A stretch of DNA of 64,000 bases from Candidatus Hydrogenedentota bacterium (lineage in GTDB: Bacteria > Hydrogenedentota > Hydrogenedentia > Hydrogenedentales > SLHB01), in the NCBI GenBank assembly GCA_045863335.1, contig BTVY01000002.1, positions 211,758 to 275,757 on the forward strand, given 5' to 3'. Shown piece by piece: positions 39,944 to 48,652 of the stretch (its first letter is position 1; every line of letters starts with the position of its first letter). The notes under the pieces were generated by a model. It saw nothing but the letters and a program-made list of their open reading frames with translations, searched no databases and had not been told where the DNA came from. A program made the position numbers and the translations under genes.

Positions 39944-40513
39944 TCAGATCACCAGAAGTCCTTTCAAGGTCTCCCGAAGCTTCTTAATCGCCAACAACTT
40001 CCGCGAACGAACCGTATTGACCGGACACTGGAGTACTGACGCGATATCGTCCAGAGACAGTCCCTGAATGGTCCGCATCACGAAAACCATCCGCTGCTCT
40101 TCCGGCAGTTCGGCGATGGCGGCGAGGATTCGCTCCTCAAGCTCCGATCGGGACGCCGACTCGTCCGGTCTCGACAGGATGCCCGCCGCAATTTCGATAT
40201 CTTCGGCCTCGATGGAACGGGCAGAGCCCAATTTCCACTGGCGGCCCAGATAACGGCACTTTTCCAGCCAGATATTGCGCGCACAGGTAAACAGGTACGC
40301 GGGGAAGGATCCGGTAGCCGCGTACTTGCGGCGCAGGTGCCAGATTCGCGCGAACGTCTCGAGACAAAGGTCCTCGGCAAGCAGGGGATCCCGGCTCATC
40401 CCGTAGAAGAAATCAAGCAGCCTGCGGCTGTAGCGGGCGTACAACTCGGCGAAGGCAGAGTCGTCCCCCCCGCGGACCTTCAGCATGAGTTCGGTGTCCC
40501 GCATCTGTGACAA
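39944..40513 (-). CDS. ECF sigma-70 factor
   Basis: D.ELM..GDDSAFAELY, AEDL..ETF, F.AYLF..ARN, LPEEQR.VF, IA..L.CPVNTVRSR. Confidence 0.92.
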   Translation of the reverse strand: MSQMRDTELMLKVRGGDDSAFAELYARYSRRLLDFFYGMSRDPLLAEDLCLETFARIWHLRRKYAATGSFPAYLFTCARNIWLEKCRYLGRQWKLGSARSIEAEDIEIAAGILSRPDESASRSELEERILAAIAELPEEQRMVFVMRTIQGLSLDDIASVLQCPVNTVRSRKLLAIKKLRETLKGLLVI

Positions 40514-40610
40514 CGGATTACTCCACGTGGTCGTCTATCCAGTATATGCCAGATTGGGTGGAAATCGATCACCGGCCTGCGGACTTAAGCTCCGCGGTGA
40601 GGCAGTATCC

Positions 40611-41354
40611 CTATTCGAGCCAGGCGTCTGCGCAATGCGGAGCGCCATTGGCCGCGTTCCCCGAAGCGCATACGGCGCCAAAGCGGCGTTCCCGGCCACG
40701 GTAGTCTTCGAGCGCCTGGTCCAGGTCGGCGGGACCGAACTCGGGCCAGGAAACCGGCGTGAAGTACATTTCGGCGTACGCGCATTCCCAAAGCAGGAAG
40801 TCGCTCAAGCGGCGCTCGCCCCCAGTCCGAATCAACAAATCCACGTCGGGCGCAGGTTCGGCGGCATTTGACAGGAGCACGGCGAAATCCCGCCGGCTCC
40901 TGACCGTGGCCGCCTTGGGATGTGCGGCCGCAGCCAGAATGGCGTCCCTCGATGAGTAATTCAGCGCGATTCGCAGCCATAACCGGGTGCCCTTACTCGT
41001 GGCGCGCTCCGCATTGGCGATCCCTTCGCGCAGGGAATCGCTCAGTCCTTCCCGGCGCCCGATGGCTGAAAACCGAATGCCCCGCTGGACGCAGGTTGGC
41101 GTCTCGACGGCGAGGTACTCACCCATGAGGTCAAAGATCGCGGTCACCTCTTCGCGAGGCCTCCGCCAATTATCGACGGAGAATGCAAAGAGGGTAAGTA
41201 CACCAATGGATCGCCGGAGCGCGGCGCGCACGATGGATCGTACCGACGCGACTCCGGCGCGGTGGCCGAAGGATCGGGGTTGACCTTGGTCCGCGGCCCA
41301 GCGCCCGTTCCCATCCATAATAATGGCGACGTGCAACCTATTATTACTTAACAA
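40611..41354 (-). CDS. uppS: cis-prenyltransferase (UppS family), accessory paralog
   Basis: HVAIIMDGNGRWA, GHRAG, FAFSVDNWRRP, ALNYSSR, DLLIRTGGERRLSDFLLWE. TTG start with AAAGGA RBS (alternative ATG 41390). Confidence 0.9.
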   Translation of the reverse strand: MLSNNRLHVAIIMDGNGRWAADQGQPRSFGHRAGVASVRSIVRAALRRSIGVLTLFAFSVDNWRRPREEVTAIFDLMGEYLAVETPTCVQRGIRFSAIGRREGLSDSLREGIANAERATSKGTRLWLRIALNYSSRDAILAAAAHPKAATVRSRRDFAVLLSNAAEPAPDVDLLIRTGGERRLSDFLLWECAYAEMYFTPVSWPEFGPADLDQALEDYRGRERRFGAVCASGNAANGAPHCADAWLE

Positions 41355-41381
41355 CGCGTCTTTCCTTTCTCTATGCAAAGA

Positions 41382-41398
41382 ACTTTTCATAACAAAGT
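41382..41398. promoter_or_regulatory. Palindromic operator ACTTT-N7-AAAGT, copy 1 (upstream of uppS)
   Basis: ACTTT-TCATAAC-AAAGT. 23/29 identity with 42466-42494 over 41374-41402. Confidence 0.7.
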
Positions 41399-41423
41399 TA
41401 ATAAACAAGAAAAAGAGCCCCTG

Positions 41424-41828
41424 CTAGGGACTGCTACCTGCCTCATCTTCGCGCACTTTCCGAATCAACGCTTCCATGTGGTTCAGGTATCGTTCGAGCG
41501 CATCCCGGCCTTCCTGGGTCAACCGGTACACCGTCCGCGGCGTCCGTCCCTGAAAGAACTTGTCGCAATGAATATAGCCCGCGTCCTCGAGCTTGCGCGC
41601 ATGGACGCTGAGATTGCCGTCGGTGGTCTTGAGCACCCGTTTCAATTCATTGAAGCTCAACGAAGGATTGACCGCCAACGCGCTCACGACGGCCAACCGC
41701 ATGCGCTCATGAATGACGCGGTCCAGGTTCGTTGCAACGACCGGGTTGCTGACCGGGGTCTCGTCCTGATCCGCAGGCACTTCGGTGGCTTTCAAACGCC
41801 GGCTGTCTGCTGTATTCTGTTTACCCAC
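41424..41828 (-). CDS. Winged-HTH transcriptional regulator (HTH_34, MarR/ArsR-like)
   Basis: LDRVIHERMRL, SFNELK..L.TTDGNLSVHARKLEDAGY, PRT.YRLT..GR. Confidence 0.9.
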   Translation of the reverse strand: MGKQNTADSRRLKATEVPADQDETPVSNPVVATNLDRVIHERMRLAVVSALAVNPSLSFNELKRVLKTTDGNLSVHARKLEDAGYIHCDKFFQGRTPRTVYRLTQEGRDALERYLNHMEALIRKVREDEAGSSP

Positions 41829-42435
41829 CGTAGCGCCTCGCTATAATGATTCCGAACACGATGTGGAATCCGCCAAAGCCAGCGGCCATGATAGCGTTTG
41901 CCCAGTGGGCGGGAAACGCAAATGCCGCAACGCCCAAGGTCATGAAACATAGACCCATCACCGGGACGATGCGTACGCTGTACGCGCCGCCGGTGACCAC
42001 ACCCGCGCCATAGAGGAGCAGCCACATGGGGGGCATTAGTTCGTACAGGCCCAGACGGAAGAACACAAATGTGAGCGCCATGCCTGCGACAACGGGCGGC
42101 AGCATGCCTAGCGCGAAACGCCGGCCGGCGCCGTCGAAGAGGGATTCATTCACCAAGCGGGCCTTTCGCACGAGGGCGACCGTACCGACGGTTATGGCAG
42201 CAGTCGCGGCGCTCACCCAGACGGCCAGCCAGGCTACTTGCGAGGGAACAAGTGTCGCGGCCACAGCACCGGGCAGGGCGAGGAGTCCCATACAGGCGGT
42301 GCCCCATCCCGGAACCGCCGTGAAGGAGGTGGACCGCTCCATGGTTTCGCGGATAAACCGGAGATTCTCCATGGCGTGGGCATGGAGACGCACGGGCTCC
42401 TGGGCTGGAATTCGGGAATCGCGGGTGGCGTTCAT
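41821..42435 (-). CDS. Membrane protein (6 TM) cotranscribed with the wHTH regulator
   Basis: AMENLRFIRETMERS..FTAVPGWG, WLLLYG, GFGGFHIVFG. Overlaps the regulator start. Confidence 0.85.
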   Translation of the reverse strand: MNATRDSRIPAQEPVRLHAHAMENLRFIRETMERSTSFTAVPGWGTACMGLLALPGAVAATLVPSQVAWLAVWVSAATAAITVGTVALVRKARLVNESLFDGAGRRFALGMLPPVVAGMALTFVFFRLGLYELMPPMWLLLYGAGVVTGGAYSVRIVPVMGLCFMTLGVAAFAFPAHWANAIMAAGFGGFHIVFGIIIARRYGG

Positions 42436-42441
42436 AGCGTC

Positions 42442-42471
42442 AATGTACCGCAGTCCAAGTTAATTTGTCAA
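42442..42471 (-). promoter_or_regulatory. Sigma70 promoter, probably leaderless transcript
   Basis: Minus strand TTGACA-N18-TACATT-N6-ATG, with no SD sequence. Confidence 0.6.
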
Positions 42472-42473
42472 GT

Positions 42474-42490
42474 ACTTTTCGCAACAAAGT
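42474..42490. promoter_or_regulatory. Palindromic operator ACTTT-N7-AAAGT, copy 2
   Basis: ACTTT-TCGCAAC-AAAGT, adjacent to the -35 hexamer. Confidence 0.7.
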
Positions 42491-42561
42491 TGATCGCATA
42501 AACCCTAGCCCCTGCTGGGGCGCATCGGCACATTGCACCGGAACCCCTGGAAAGGACATTC

Positions 42562-43794
42562 ATGACGCTCCTGTTTCTAAGCATTACTATCGCGTTACTC
42601 CTATCGGCCATTTGCTCGCTGCTGGAGGCGACGCTACTGAGCATTACGCCGGTTCAAGTCGCGGAACTGGCCAAGCGGCACCCTGTAGCGGCCCGCGCTT
42701 GGCAACGGCACAAGTCTGAGATTCAGCGACCCATTGCGGTGATCCTCATCGTCAATACCCTTGCCCATACCATCGGTGCCACGGTGGCCGGCGCCGAGTT
42801 CGAACGGCTTTTCGGAACCCAATGGCTCGCCGCCTTTTCCATCATCCTCTCTTTTGCCATTCTCCAGTTCACGGAAATTCTGCCCAAGACGTTGGGAGTA
42901 CGCTACAACGTACGTTTGGCCCCGGTTATTGGACAACCGCTGGCGTGGACGGTGAAACTCATGACGCCGGCGATCTTCCTGGTTCGCTTGATCAACCGGC
43001 CATTTGAGGGCCGGAAGACCGGGGGCGAACGGCACGGCGGAACACTCGAGGAGATGATCGCCTTGACCGGCATGGCGCGCCTGTCCGACCTGATTGGTCC
43101 CTATGAAGAGAACATCATCAAGCGGGCGGTGAATATGTCTGATACCCCCGTAGGCGATGTCATGATTCCGGTTGAACAGATCACGTTCATTTCGACCAAA
43201 CAAACCATGACCGATGCAATTCTGACGGCCCATTTCGACCCGCACACGCGATTCCCCATCATCGAGTCGGATAACCAGGACAACGTTCTGGGGTACGTCA
43301 ACTTCAAGGAGATGATCTATCGGGCGCGAACGAATCCCGAGGACCCCAGCCTGCGCGGCATCATCCGGCCGGTTCGTTTCGTAGCGCCGGAAACCTCTTC
43401 GGTCGAGCTGCTGAAGGCCTTTGTCGAGGAGCACGTGCATATGGCCGTGGTCCGCAGTTTGGATGGCAAGACGTTGGGGCTTGTGACGATGGAGGACCTG
43501 GTCGAGGAGCTTGTGGGTGAATTAGAGGATGAGTTCGACCGCTTGCCGCGTATGTGCCACGCTCTCAGCGGAGGAACCTGGATGGTCGGTGGCGGGTATC
43601 CGGTCGGCAAGTTGCAGCAGACGATGGGATTGAAACTACCTGACGCGCACGGGAGCACTTCGTCGTGGTTGATCGAGCAGATGGGCCGGCTCCCGGCGCC
43701 AAACGAAGTTTTCGAAACGAATGGGCTCGAGTTCGCAATCCGGCGCACACGGCGGGGGAAGATCTTCGAAGTTGCAGTCAAACGCGTCGGGTAG
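42562..43794 (+). CDS. CNNM/CorB-like (DUF21-CBS-CorC) membrane protein
   Basis: SAICSLLEATLLS, ILIVNT, EILPKTLG, HTRFPI, GLVTMEDLVEELVGE..DEFD. Confidence 0.9.
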   Translation: MTLLFLSITIALLLSAICSLLEATLLSITPVQVAELAKRHPVAARAWQRHKSEIQRPIAVILIVNTLAHTIGATVAGAEFERLFGTQWLAAFSIILSFAILQFTEILPKTLGVRYNVRLAPVIGQPLAWTVKLMTPAIFLVRLINRPFEGRKTGGERHGGTLEEMIALTGMARLSDLIGPYEENIIKRAVNMSDTPVGDVMIPVEQITFISTKQTMTDAILTAHFDPHTRFPIIESDNQDNVLGYVNFKEMIYRARTNPEDPSLRGIIRPVRFVAPETSSVELLKAFVEEHVHMAVVRSLDGKTLGLVTMEDLVEELVGELEDEFDRLPRMCHALSGGTWMVGGGYPVGKLQQTMGLKLPDAHGSTSSWLIEQMGRLPAPNEVFETNGLEFAIRRTRRGKIFEVAVKRVG

Positions 43795-43808
43795 AGACGG
43801 CAAGTCCG

Positions 43809-45215
43809 TCAGCGAATTCGGGTTCTCGTTCTACCGCCCGGTATGCGTGTGCGCGTGCGATCCGGATCGCCGCTCCCTCCCTGCCGCCGGCTGAACGTCA
43901 ACAGGTTTTCCGTCACGGCCCCCTGCCCTGCCAACCCTCCTGCGATGAGAACGTAGATGGGATTGAACATATTGTTTACGGCATTGTCGATCATCCAAAG
44001 CGCGAGAACCAATGCAAGCGTCGGCACCGCCACTACCATCGGGTGAAACCACAGGCGGGGGGGTATGCGCCAGGGCACTAGGAATATTGGGATGATCACC
44101 GTTGCCGCGGCAGCGGCGAGTCCAAGCAGCCCGTTCACACCATATCGAATCACCCATTGGCTGTCCGTGATGCTGATATCGTTCCCCATGGCGTCGGTGA
44201 TTCGGGAGCGGCCCCATCCGCCCCAACCGAAGAGAGCCCGCTGCGACGCCCGGCCCACGAGCGCGTTTTCATTGGTAACCCGCACTTCGATTGATGCGCC
44301 GCGGTCTGGCCCAAAGACGTTCGTGGTCGCGTCCACCAGTTCCCACCCCGACCATGCGCCGCTGACCCGTAATGCGACATAAACGACGTAAACCGAGGTG
44401 AGGGCGATAAGCGGGAGCGCGTTGCGCAAGTAGCGGGTCGCCGCCATGACGCCGAGCCCTATCACCAGAAGCAAGGCGGCGGCGGTCGATTTACAAAGGA
44501 CCGCCGTGATGACAACGAGACCGACCAAAACACTGACGGGCACGCCTCGAAACGACCGCAGGCTGCCCGTCGCCCACAACGCGACCCCCGCAAGCGACGC
44601 GGTCGTCATCCACATGCCGACCATGAGCCCGTGCTCAAGAAAAACCATGGGCCGGTAGCCACCGTATCGAATCGTTTGTACAAAGCCATGCTGATGGTAG
44701 CCGTACACAATTCGGTGCAATTGGGGGCTGAACCGAAGTTCAATCCAGCATAAGGGGACATAGATGATTCCGCCGATGAACACGCCGATGGCGAGTTCGC
44801 GCATACCCCGCAAATCGTTAAAGTAGATCCGGCCGAGGAAGTAGGGAAATCCCCATTGAATGATCACGCGCAGGCTTTCGGATAATCCGTCGTACAAACC
44901 TAATCCGTTGGTCAACGACGATGCGACTGGACAAAAACACAGGATGAGGCAGGACAAGTCGACCCACCGGGGCCGGTAGCTGACAAGCCGGGTTGGGTCG
45001 AACATCAACGTCGCCAGGAACGCGCCAAGGCACGTTGCAGTCATCTTGTTGTATTCGGGAATCCCCTGAAATTCATATTCCGCAATTGGCAAGAAGAGCC
45101 AGGCAAAAAGAAACGCGACGATAGCCGCACGCTGCGCGGGGAGCATGAGGTACAACGACGCCAACACAAAGGGCCAGCCGAACAGCGTGATGGCGACCAA
45201 TAGTGTTCCTTCCAT
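43809..45215 (-). CDS. Wzy-like polymerase / O-antigen ligase family
   Basis: More than 10 TM helices, RYGGYRPMVFLEHGL, R..S...R, FGWGGWGR, TDS.W. Last gene of the EPS operon. Confidence 0.8.
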   Translation of the reverse strand: MEGTLLVAITLFGWPFVLASLYLMLPAQRAAIVAFLFAWLFLPIAEYEFQGIPEYNKMTATCLGAFLATLMFDPTRLVSYRPRWVDLSCLILCFCPVASSLTNGLGLYDGLSESLRVIIQWGFPYFLGRIYFNDLRGMRELAIGVFIGGIIYVPLCWIELRFSPQLHRIVYGYHQHGFVQTIRYGGYRPMVFLEHGLMVGMWMTTASLAGVALWATGSLRSFRGVPVSVLVGLVVITAVLCKSTAAALLLVIGLGVMAATRYLRNALPLIALTSVYVVYVALRVSGAWSGWELVDATTNVFGPDRGASIEVRVTNENALVGRASQRALFGWGGWGRSRITDAMGNDISITDSQWVIRYGVNGLLGLAAAAATVIIPIFLVPWRIPPRLWFHPMVVAVPTLALVLALWMIDNAVNNMFNPIYVLIAGGLAGQGAVTENLLTFSRRQGGSGDPDRTRTRIPGGRTRTRIR

Positions 45216-45222
45216 CGAATCC

Positions 45223-46317
45223 CTACTCCGTTCGGCTCATTGCGCGCGACAAGGCCTGCCCGAAAGCGTCCGTTGCGTCATCCCAAGTGTAGCGGGTAGC
45301 GGTGGCAAGTGCACGGCGCGACAACTCGCGCCAATCCAGGTCCGCCATCCGGACCACGTTTACGATAGCATCGGCCATGCTTTGAGGGTCTTCCGGTTGC
45401 ACGAGGATTCCCCCGCCGTCGCCCACGAGTTCGGGCGCAGCACCGGCCGGCGTGGCGATCACCGGCGTGCGGCATGCCATGGCCTCAAGGATGGGAAGTC
45501 CGAAACCCTCCGTGCGGCTGGCAAAAAGCCATGCGTCGCACTGGGCGTAGATACCCGGAATTTCGTCTTGAGCCGGAAGCACGCGATAGGCCGCATCAGG
45601 CGCGAGGGGAATCTCGGGAATGGGATTGCGCATGCCGAATGCCACCGTTCGCACGCCCGGCACCTCCACACGCGCCAGCCGAACGGCCTCCGACGCGATA
45701 TCAGCACCCTTCCATCGATCGACTGCGTACATGTACCCCACCGTCGGTACCGGCTGCTTTCCCCGCGGTTCGGCGTGGAAGACGTCGAGGTCGACGCTAT
45801 TGCGTACCGTCGACACGTTAGTATCACCGAATTGGTTCGCTGCAATATGGGCAAGCCATTTGGCAACCACAATTTTGTGCATGGGCAATCGCCACGTTTG
45901 TTCCACGCGATCGACGGGCTGTCCGCTGTGCGTTTCGTAGTGCTGGATAAAGTAAGCCTTTGCACCTTTCGTCGGGGATAGCGAGGCGACCCACTCCGCC
46001 GTTTCCCACCAGGTCGCAACCACGACATCGCCATCCGGAACGTCACGGTCCTCGACGGGTCTCCACCGCTCCAGGACACGCCTCGAAACAGTTAATTCGT
46101 CGAAATGCGATTCATTCAGGTGCGGCACTTGTGGGATTCCGGTGCCACGAACCACCCCGCGCAATTTGTCGCGGAAGGTCGGCTGCGGGTTCGGAGGATG
46201 CACGATCGTTACTGCGTGGCCTCGCCGCGCGAGGCGCTCGGCATAAACCGCAATTACGCGGATTCCTCCGGAAAGCCCCGGAGGAGGACACACGAAGGTG
46301 ACGCGCAACGGATTCAC
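45223..46317 (-). CDS. Glycosyltransferase family 4
   Basis: SGGIRVI, VATWWETA, YFIQHYE, EGFGLPILEAMAC.TPV. GTG start 46317. Confidence 0.9.
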   Translation of the reverse strand: MNPLRVTFVCPPPGLSGGIRVIAVYAERLARRGHAVTIVHPPNPQPTFRDKLRGVVRGTGIPQVPHLNESHFDELTVSRRVLERWRPVEDRDVPDGDVVVATWWETAEWVASLSPTKGAKAYFIQHYETHSGQPVDRVEQTWRLPMHKIVVAKWLAHIAANQFGDTNVSTVRNSVDLDVFHAEPRGKQPVPTVGYMYAVDRWKGADIASEAVRLARVEVPGVRTVAFGMRNPIPEIPLAPDAAYRVLPAQDEIPGIYAQCDAWLFASRTEGFGLPILEAMACRTPVIATPAGAAPELVGDGGGILVQPEDPQSMADAIVNVVRMADLDWRELSRRALATATRYTWDDATDAFGQALSRAMSRTE

Positions 46318-46319
46318 GT

Positions 46320-47246
46320 TTAATGCCCTCGCAGGGCACAAACCGCCGCCCGCCAGGACTCGTGATTCAAGGGATCGCGAAGCAATGCGACGCGCGCGTG
46401 TTTTCGGGCCGTTCGCACATGGCCATCGCCCAAGGCCCACCAGACCCATTTGCGATGCACATCGGACTCGGTCGTCTTGACGGGAGTCAGACTCTTGTAC
46501 TCGTCCGGGAATGGGAGGCCTCGCCGCTCATAGGCGGCGCGGAGCGCGTCGATGGCCGACTGCTGCTGAATCTCCGACTTGGAGTAGCCGATGCTGGAGA
46601 GATGCTGGCGGTAGTGGAGGACAATGTCCGGGAGGTTCGCGACCTTTCCGTACTCGGCCAGACGCAGGAAGAAGTCGAGATCCTCCGCAAAACTGAAGCT
46701 CTCGTCGTAGCCATTGATCGCTTCGATCGCGGCTCGACGTGCCATCATGGCGGGGTGGATAATCGTCCCCCCCTTCCCTTCCATATGTGCTTTATCGATG
46801 TCTTCGTGGCTTTGCTCGTGGCACATCTCCCGGATGGGATCATCGTCGTCGTCAATGAGCAGCACCCGGCCTCCCAATGCAACGCACTCGGGGTGCTCGC
46901 GGAGATACGCGATCTGCCGTTCGAAACGATCGGGCACGGCAATGTCGTCGGCGTCCATCCGGGCGATGAACTCGCCACCCGCGTAGCCGAGTCCCTCATT
47001 CAGTGCCCGGCAGTAGCCGGTGTTCGGGCGCTCGTACAATCGGATGCGAGAATCTTCTTTTGCGAGCGCGTTCAATGTAACGCTCGATCCGTCCGTCGAG
47101 CCGTCATTAATGATGATGAACTCGAAGTCCGTGAATGTCTGATTGAGAATACTCTCCACCGCGACTCGTAAATGCCGATCGTTGTTGTAAACCGGCATGA
47201 GCACACTGATCGCTGTCGGGTTCTCTGCTAGTGCCATAGACTCCAT
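46320..47246 (-). CDS. Glycosyltransferase family 2
   Basis: ISVLMPVYN, SILNQT, INDGSTD, ARMDADD, AEDLDF. Confidence 0.93.
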   Translation of the reverse strand: MESMALAENPTAISVLMPVYNNDRHLRVAVESILNQTFTDFEFIIINDGSTDGSSVTLNALAKEDSRIRLYERPNTGYCRALNEGLGYAGGEFIARMDADDIAVPDRFERQIAYLREHPECVALGGRVLLIDDDDDPIREMCHEQSHEDIDKAHMEGKGGTIIHPAMMARRAAIEAINGYDESFSFAEDLDFFLRLAEYGKVANLPDIVLHYRQHLSSIGYSKSEIQQQSAIDALRAAYERRGLPFPDEYKSLTPVKTTESDVHRKWVWWALGDGHVRTARKHARVALLRDPLNHESWRAAVCALRGH

Positions 47247-48613
47247 CCTATGCCAATTAAACCGTAGGCCACCGCGAATCCGGTGAGATCCAATTTAGGG
47301 TGCCAAACGCCGTACTTATGAACCAGCAGCACAAGCACCGGATACAAGAGCAAGTCCGGAAGCGCCACTCCGACGACAAGCCCCACGGTGCCGAAGTACC
47401 ACCCGCCGGCCGCCATACAGGCTAGCAACACCATGGTGCGAATCGCCATGAGCGTCATGAAGCGAAACGAGTCGCCGACCGCAAGCAGCAGCGGGCCGAT
47501 GGTGCTCCCAATTACCGACGCGACAGCGCCCGCCGCAAGAATCTCCAACATCCATCCGGCATCGTGAAAACTGTCAGGATACAGGAACCACACGATTTCT
47601 TTCCCAAACACGGCGAAGATGCAAACCGGGGGAACGCTTAGCACCATCAACACCGTACGCATCCGAAAGACTTGGGTCTTAAGCCGCTCCGCGCTGGATT
47701 CCGCGAGCCGCGAGTAGATCGGAAACAGCACGCGTCCGGCGATTGTGTGGAACGCCTGCACGACGCCCTGGTTCAAGAAGAGCGCGTAGGCGTAAACCCC
47801 GAGAAACGTGGCTGTCTCAAAGTATCCCAGAATAAACTGGTCGCCTCTCAACGCGACAAACCCAAACACGGTGCTCAAAAAGATCCAGCGCCCAAAGCGA
47901 AACATGGACGCGGCCAACTCCGAATCCCACAGGAATTGCGAGCGAGGTCCGGGGCAAACGGTATGGCTCGCGGCGCAGCGTAATGCAGCCGCCACCAGGT
48001 GCGCGCCAACCAGTGCCCAGACCGAATGCCAGACGCTCGCGCAGACAATGGTGAACGTGAACGCGGCGATCTGCGCTCCCAGATTGATGAAAGCGAGCCG
48101 CGACAAGACGAGTTGACGGTTCAGGAGATGGAGATTGGTCGAATTGAATCCGGATATGAGCGTACTGAGCGCCGTGACCGGAATGAGTATCCGGAGTTCC
48201 GGCATGTCCGCGTAGACCCAACTCGCGGGGAACGCCAGAAGCGTGGCCGAAAGAAAAAGGAAGAGGCCTCGAACGACTTGCAGAGTCCAGGCTGTGTTGA
48301 GAAATCGGGCCGTGTCGCCGCGCTTGTCCTGTACGATGCTTTGTCCGATTCCCAAGTCACTGAACATTTCCAGCCCCTGCATGACCGCGTTCACGATCAG
48401 CATGAGACCAAAGACCTCGGGAAACAGCAGATGCGACAGAATCAAGCTGCTGGCAAATCGTAGAATCTGGCTGCCGCCGTACTCCACAAGTGTCCAGGTC
48501 GATCCGCGGATCGCCAGCGATTTCAGCGACGGACCGGCACTCCCCGAATCGACGATGCTGAAGCCCGGGGCTTCATCCGGTTCCGGAATTGCAGGCGTTA
48601 CGGGCCCGCTCAT
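47228..48613 (-). CDS. wzx: Oligosaccharide flippase
   Basis: LSHLLFPEVFG, FSDLGIG..IVQ, FLNTAWT, FGRW, LGVY; about 12 TM helices. Confidence 0.88.
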   Translation of the reverse strand: MSGPVTPAIPEPDEAPGFSIVDSGSAGPSLKSLAIRGSTWTLVEYGGSQILRFASSLILSHLLFPEVFGLMLIVNAVMQGLEMFSDLGIGQSIVQDKRGDTARFLNTAWTLQVVRGLFLFLSATLLAFPASWVYADMPELRILIPVTALSTLISGFNSTNLHLLNRQLVLSRLAFINLGAQIAAFTFTIVCASVWHSVWALVGAHLVAAALRCAASHTVCPGPRSQFLWDSELAASMFRFGRWIFLSTVFGFVALRGDQFILGYFETATFLGVYAYALFLNQGVVQAFHTIAGRVLFPIYSRLAESSAERLKTQVFRMRTVLMVLSVPPVCIFAVFGKEIVWFLYPDSFHDAGWMLEILAAGAVASVIGSTIGPLLLAVGDSFRFMTLMAIRTMVLLACMAAGGWYFGTVGLVVGVALPDLLLYPVLVLLVHKYGVWHPKLDLTGFAVAYGLIGIGWSLWH

Positions 48614-48652
48614 GAGCGCGCCGCCCCGGTCATACCACAAGCAAGGCGCACG

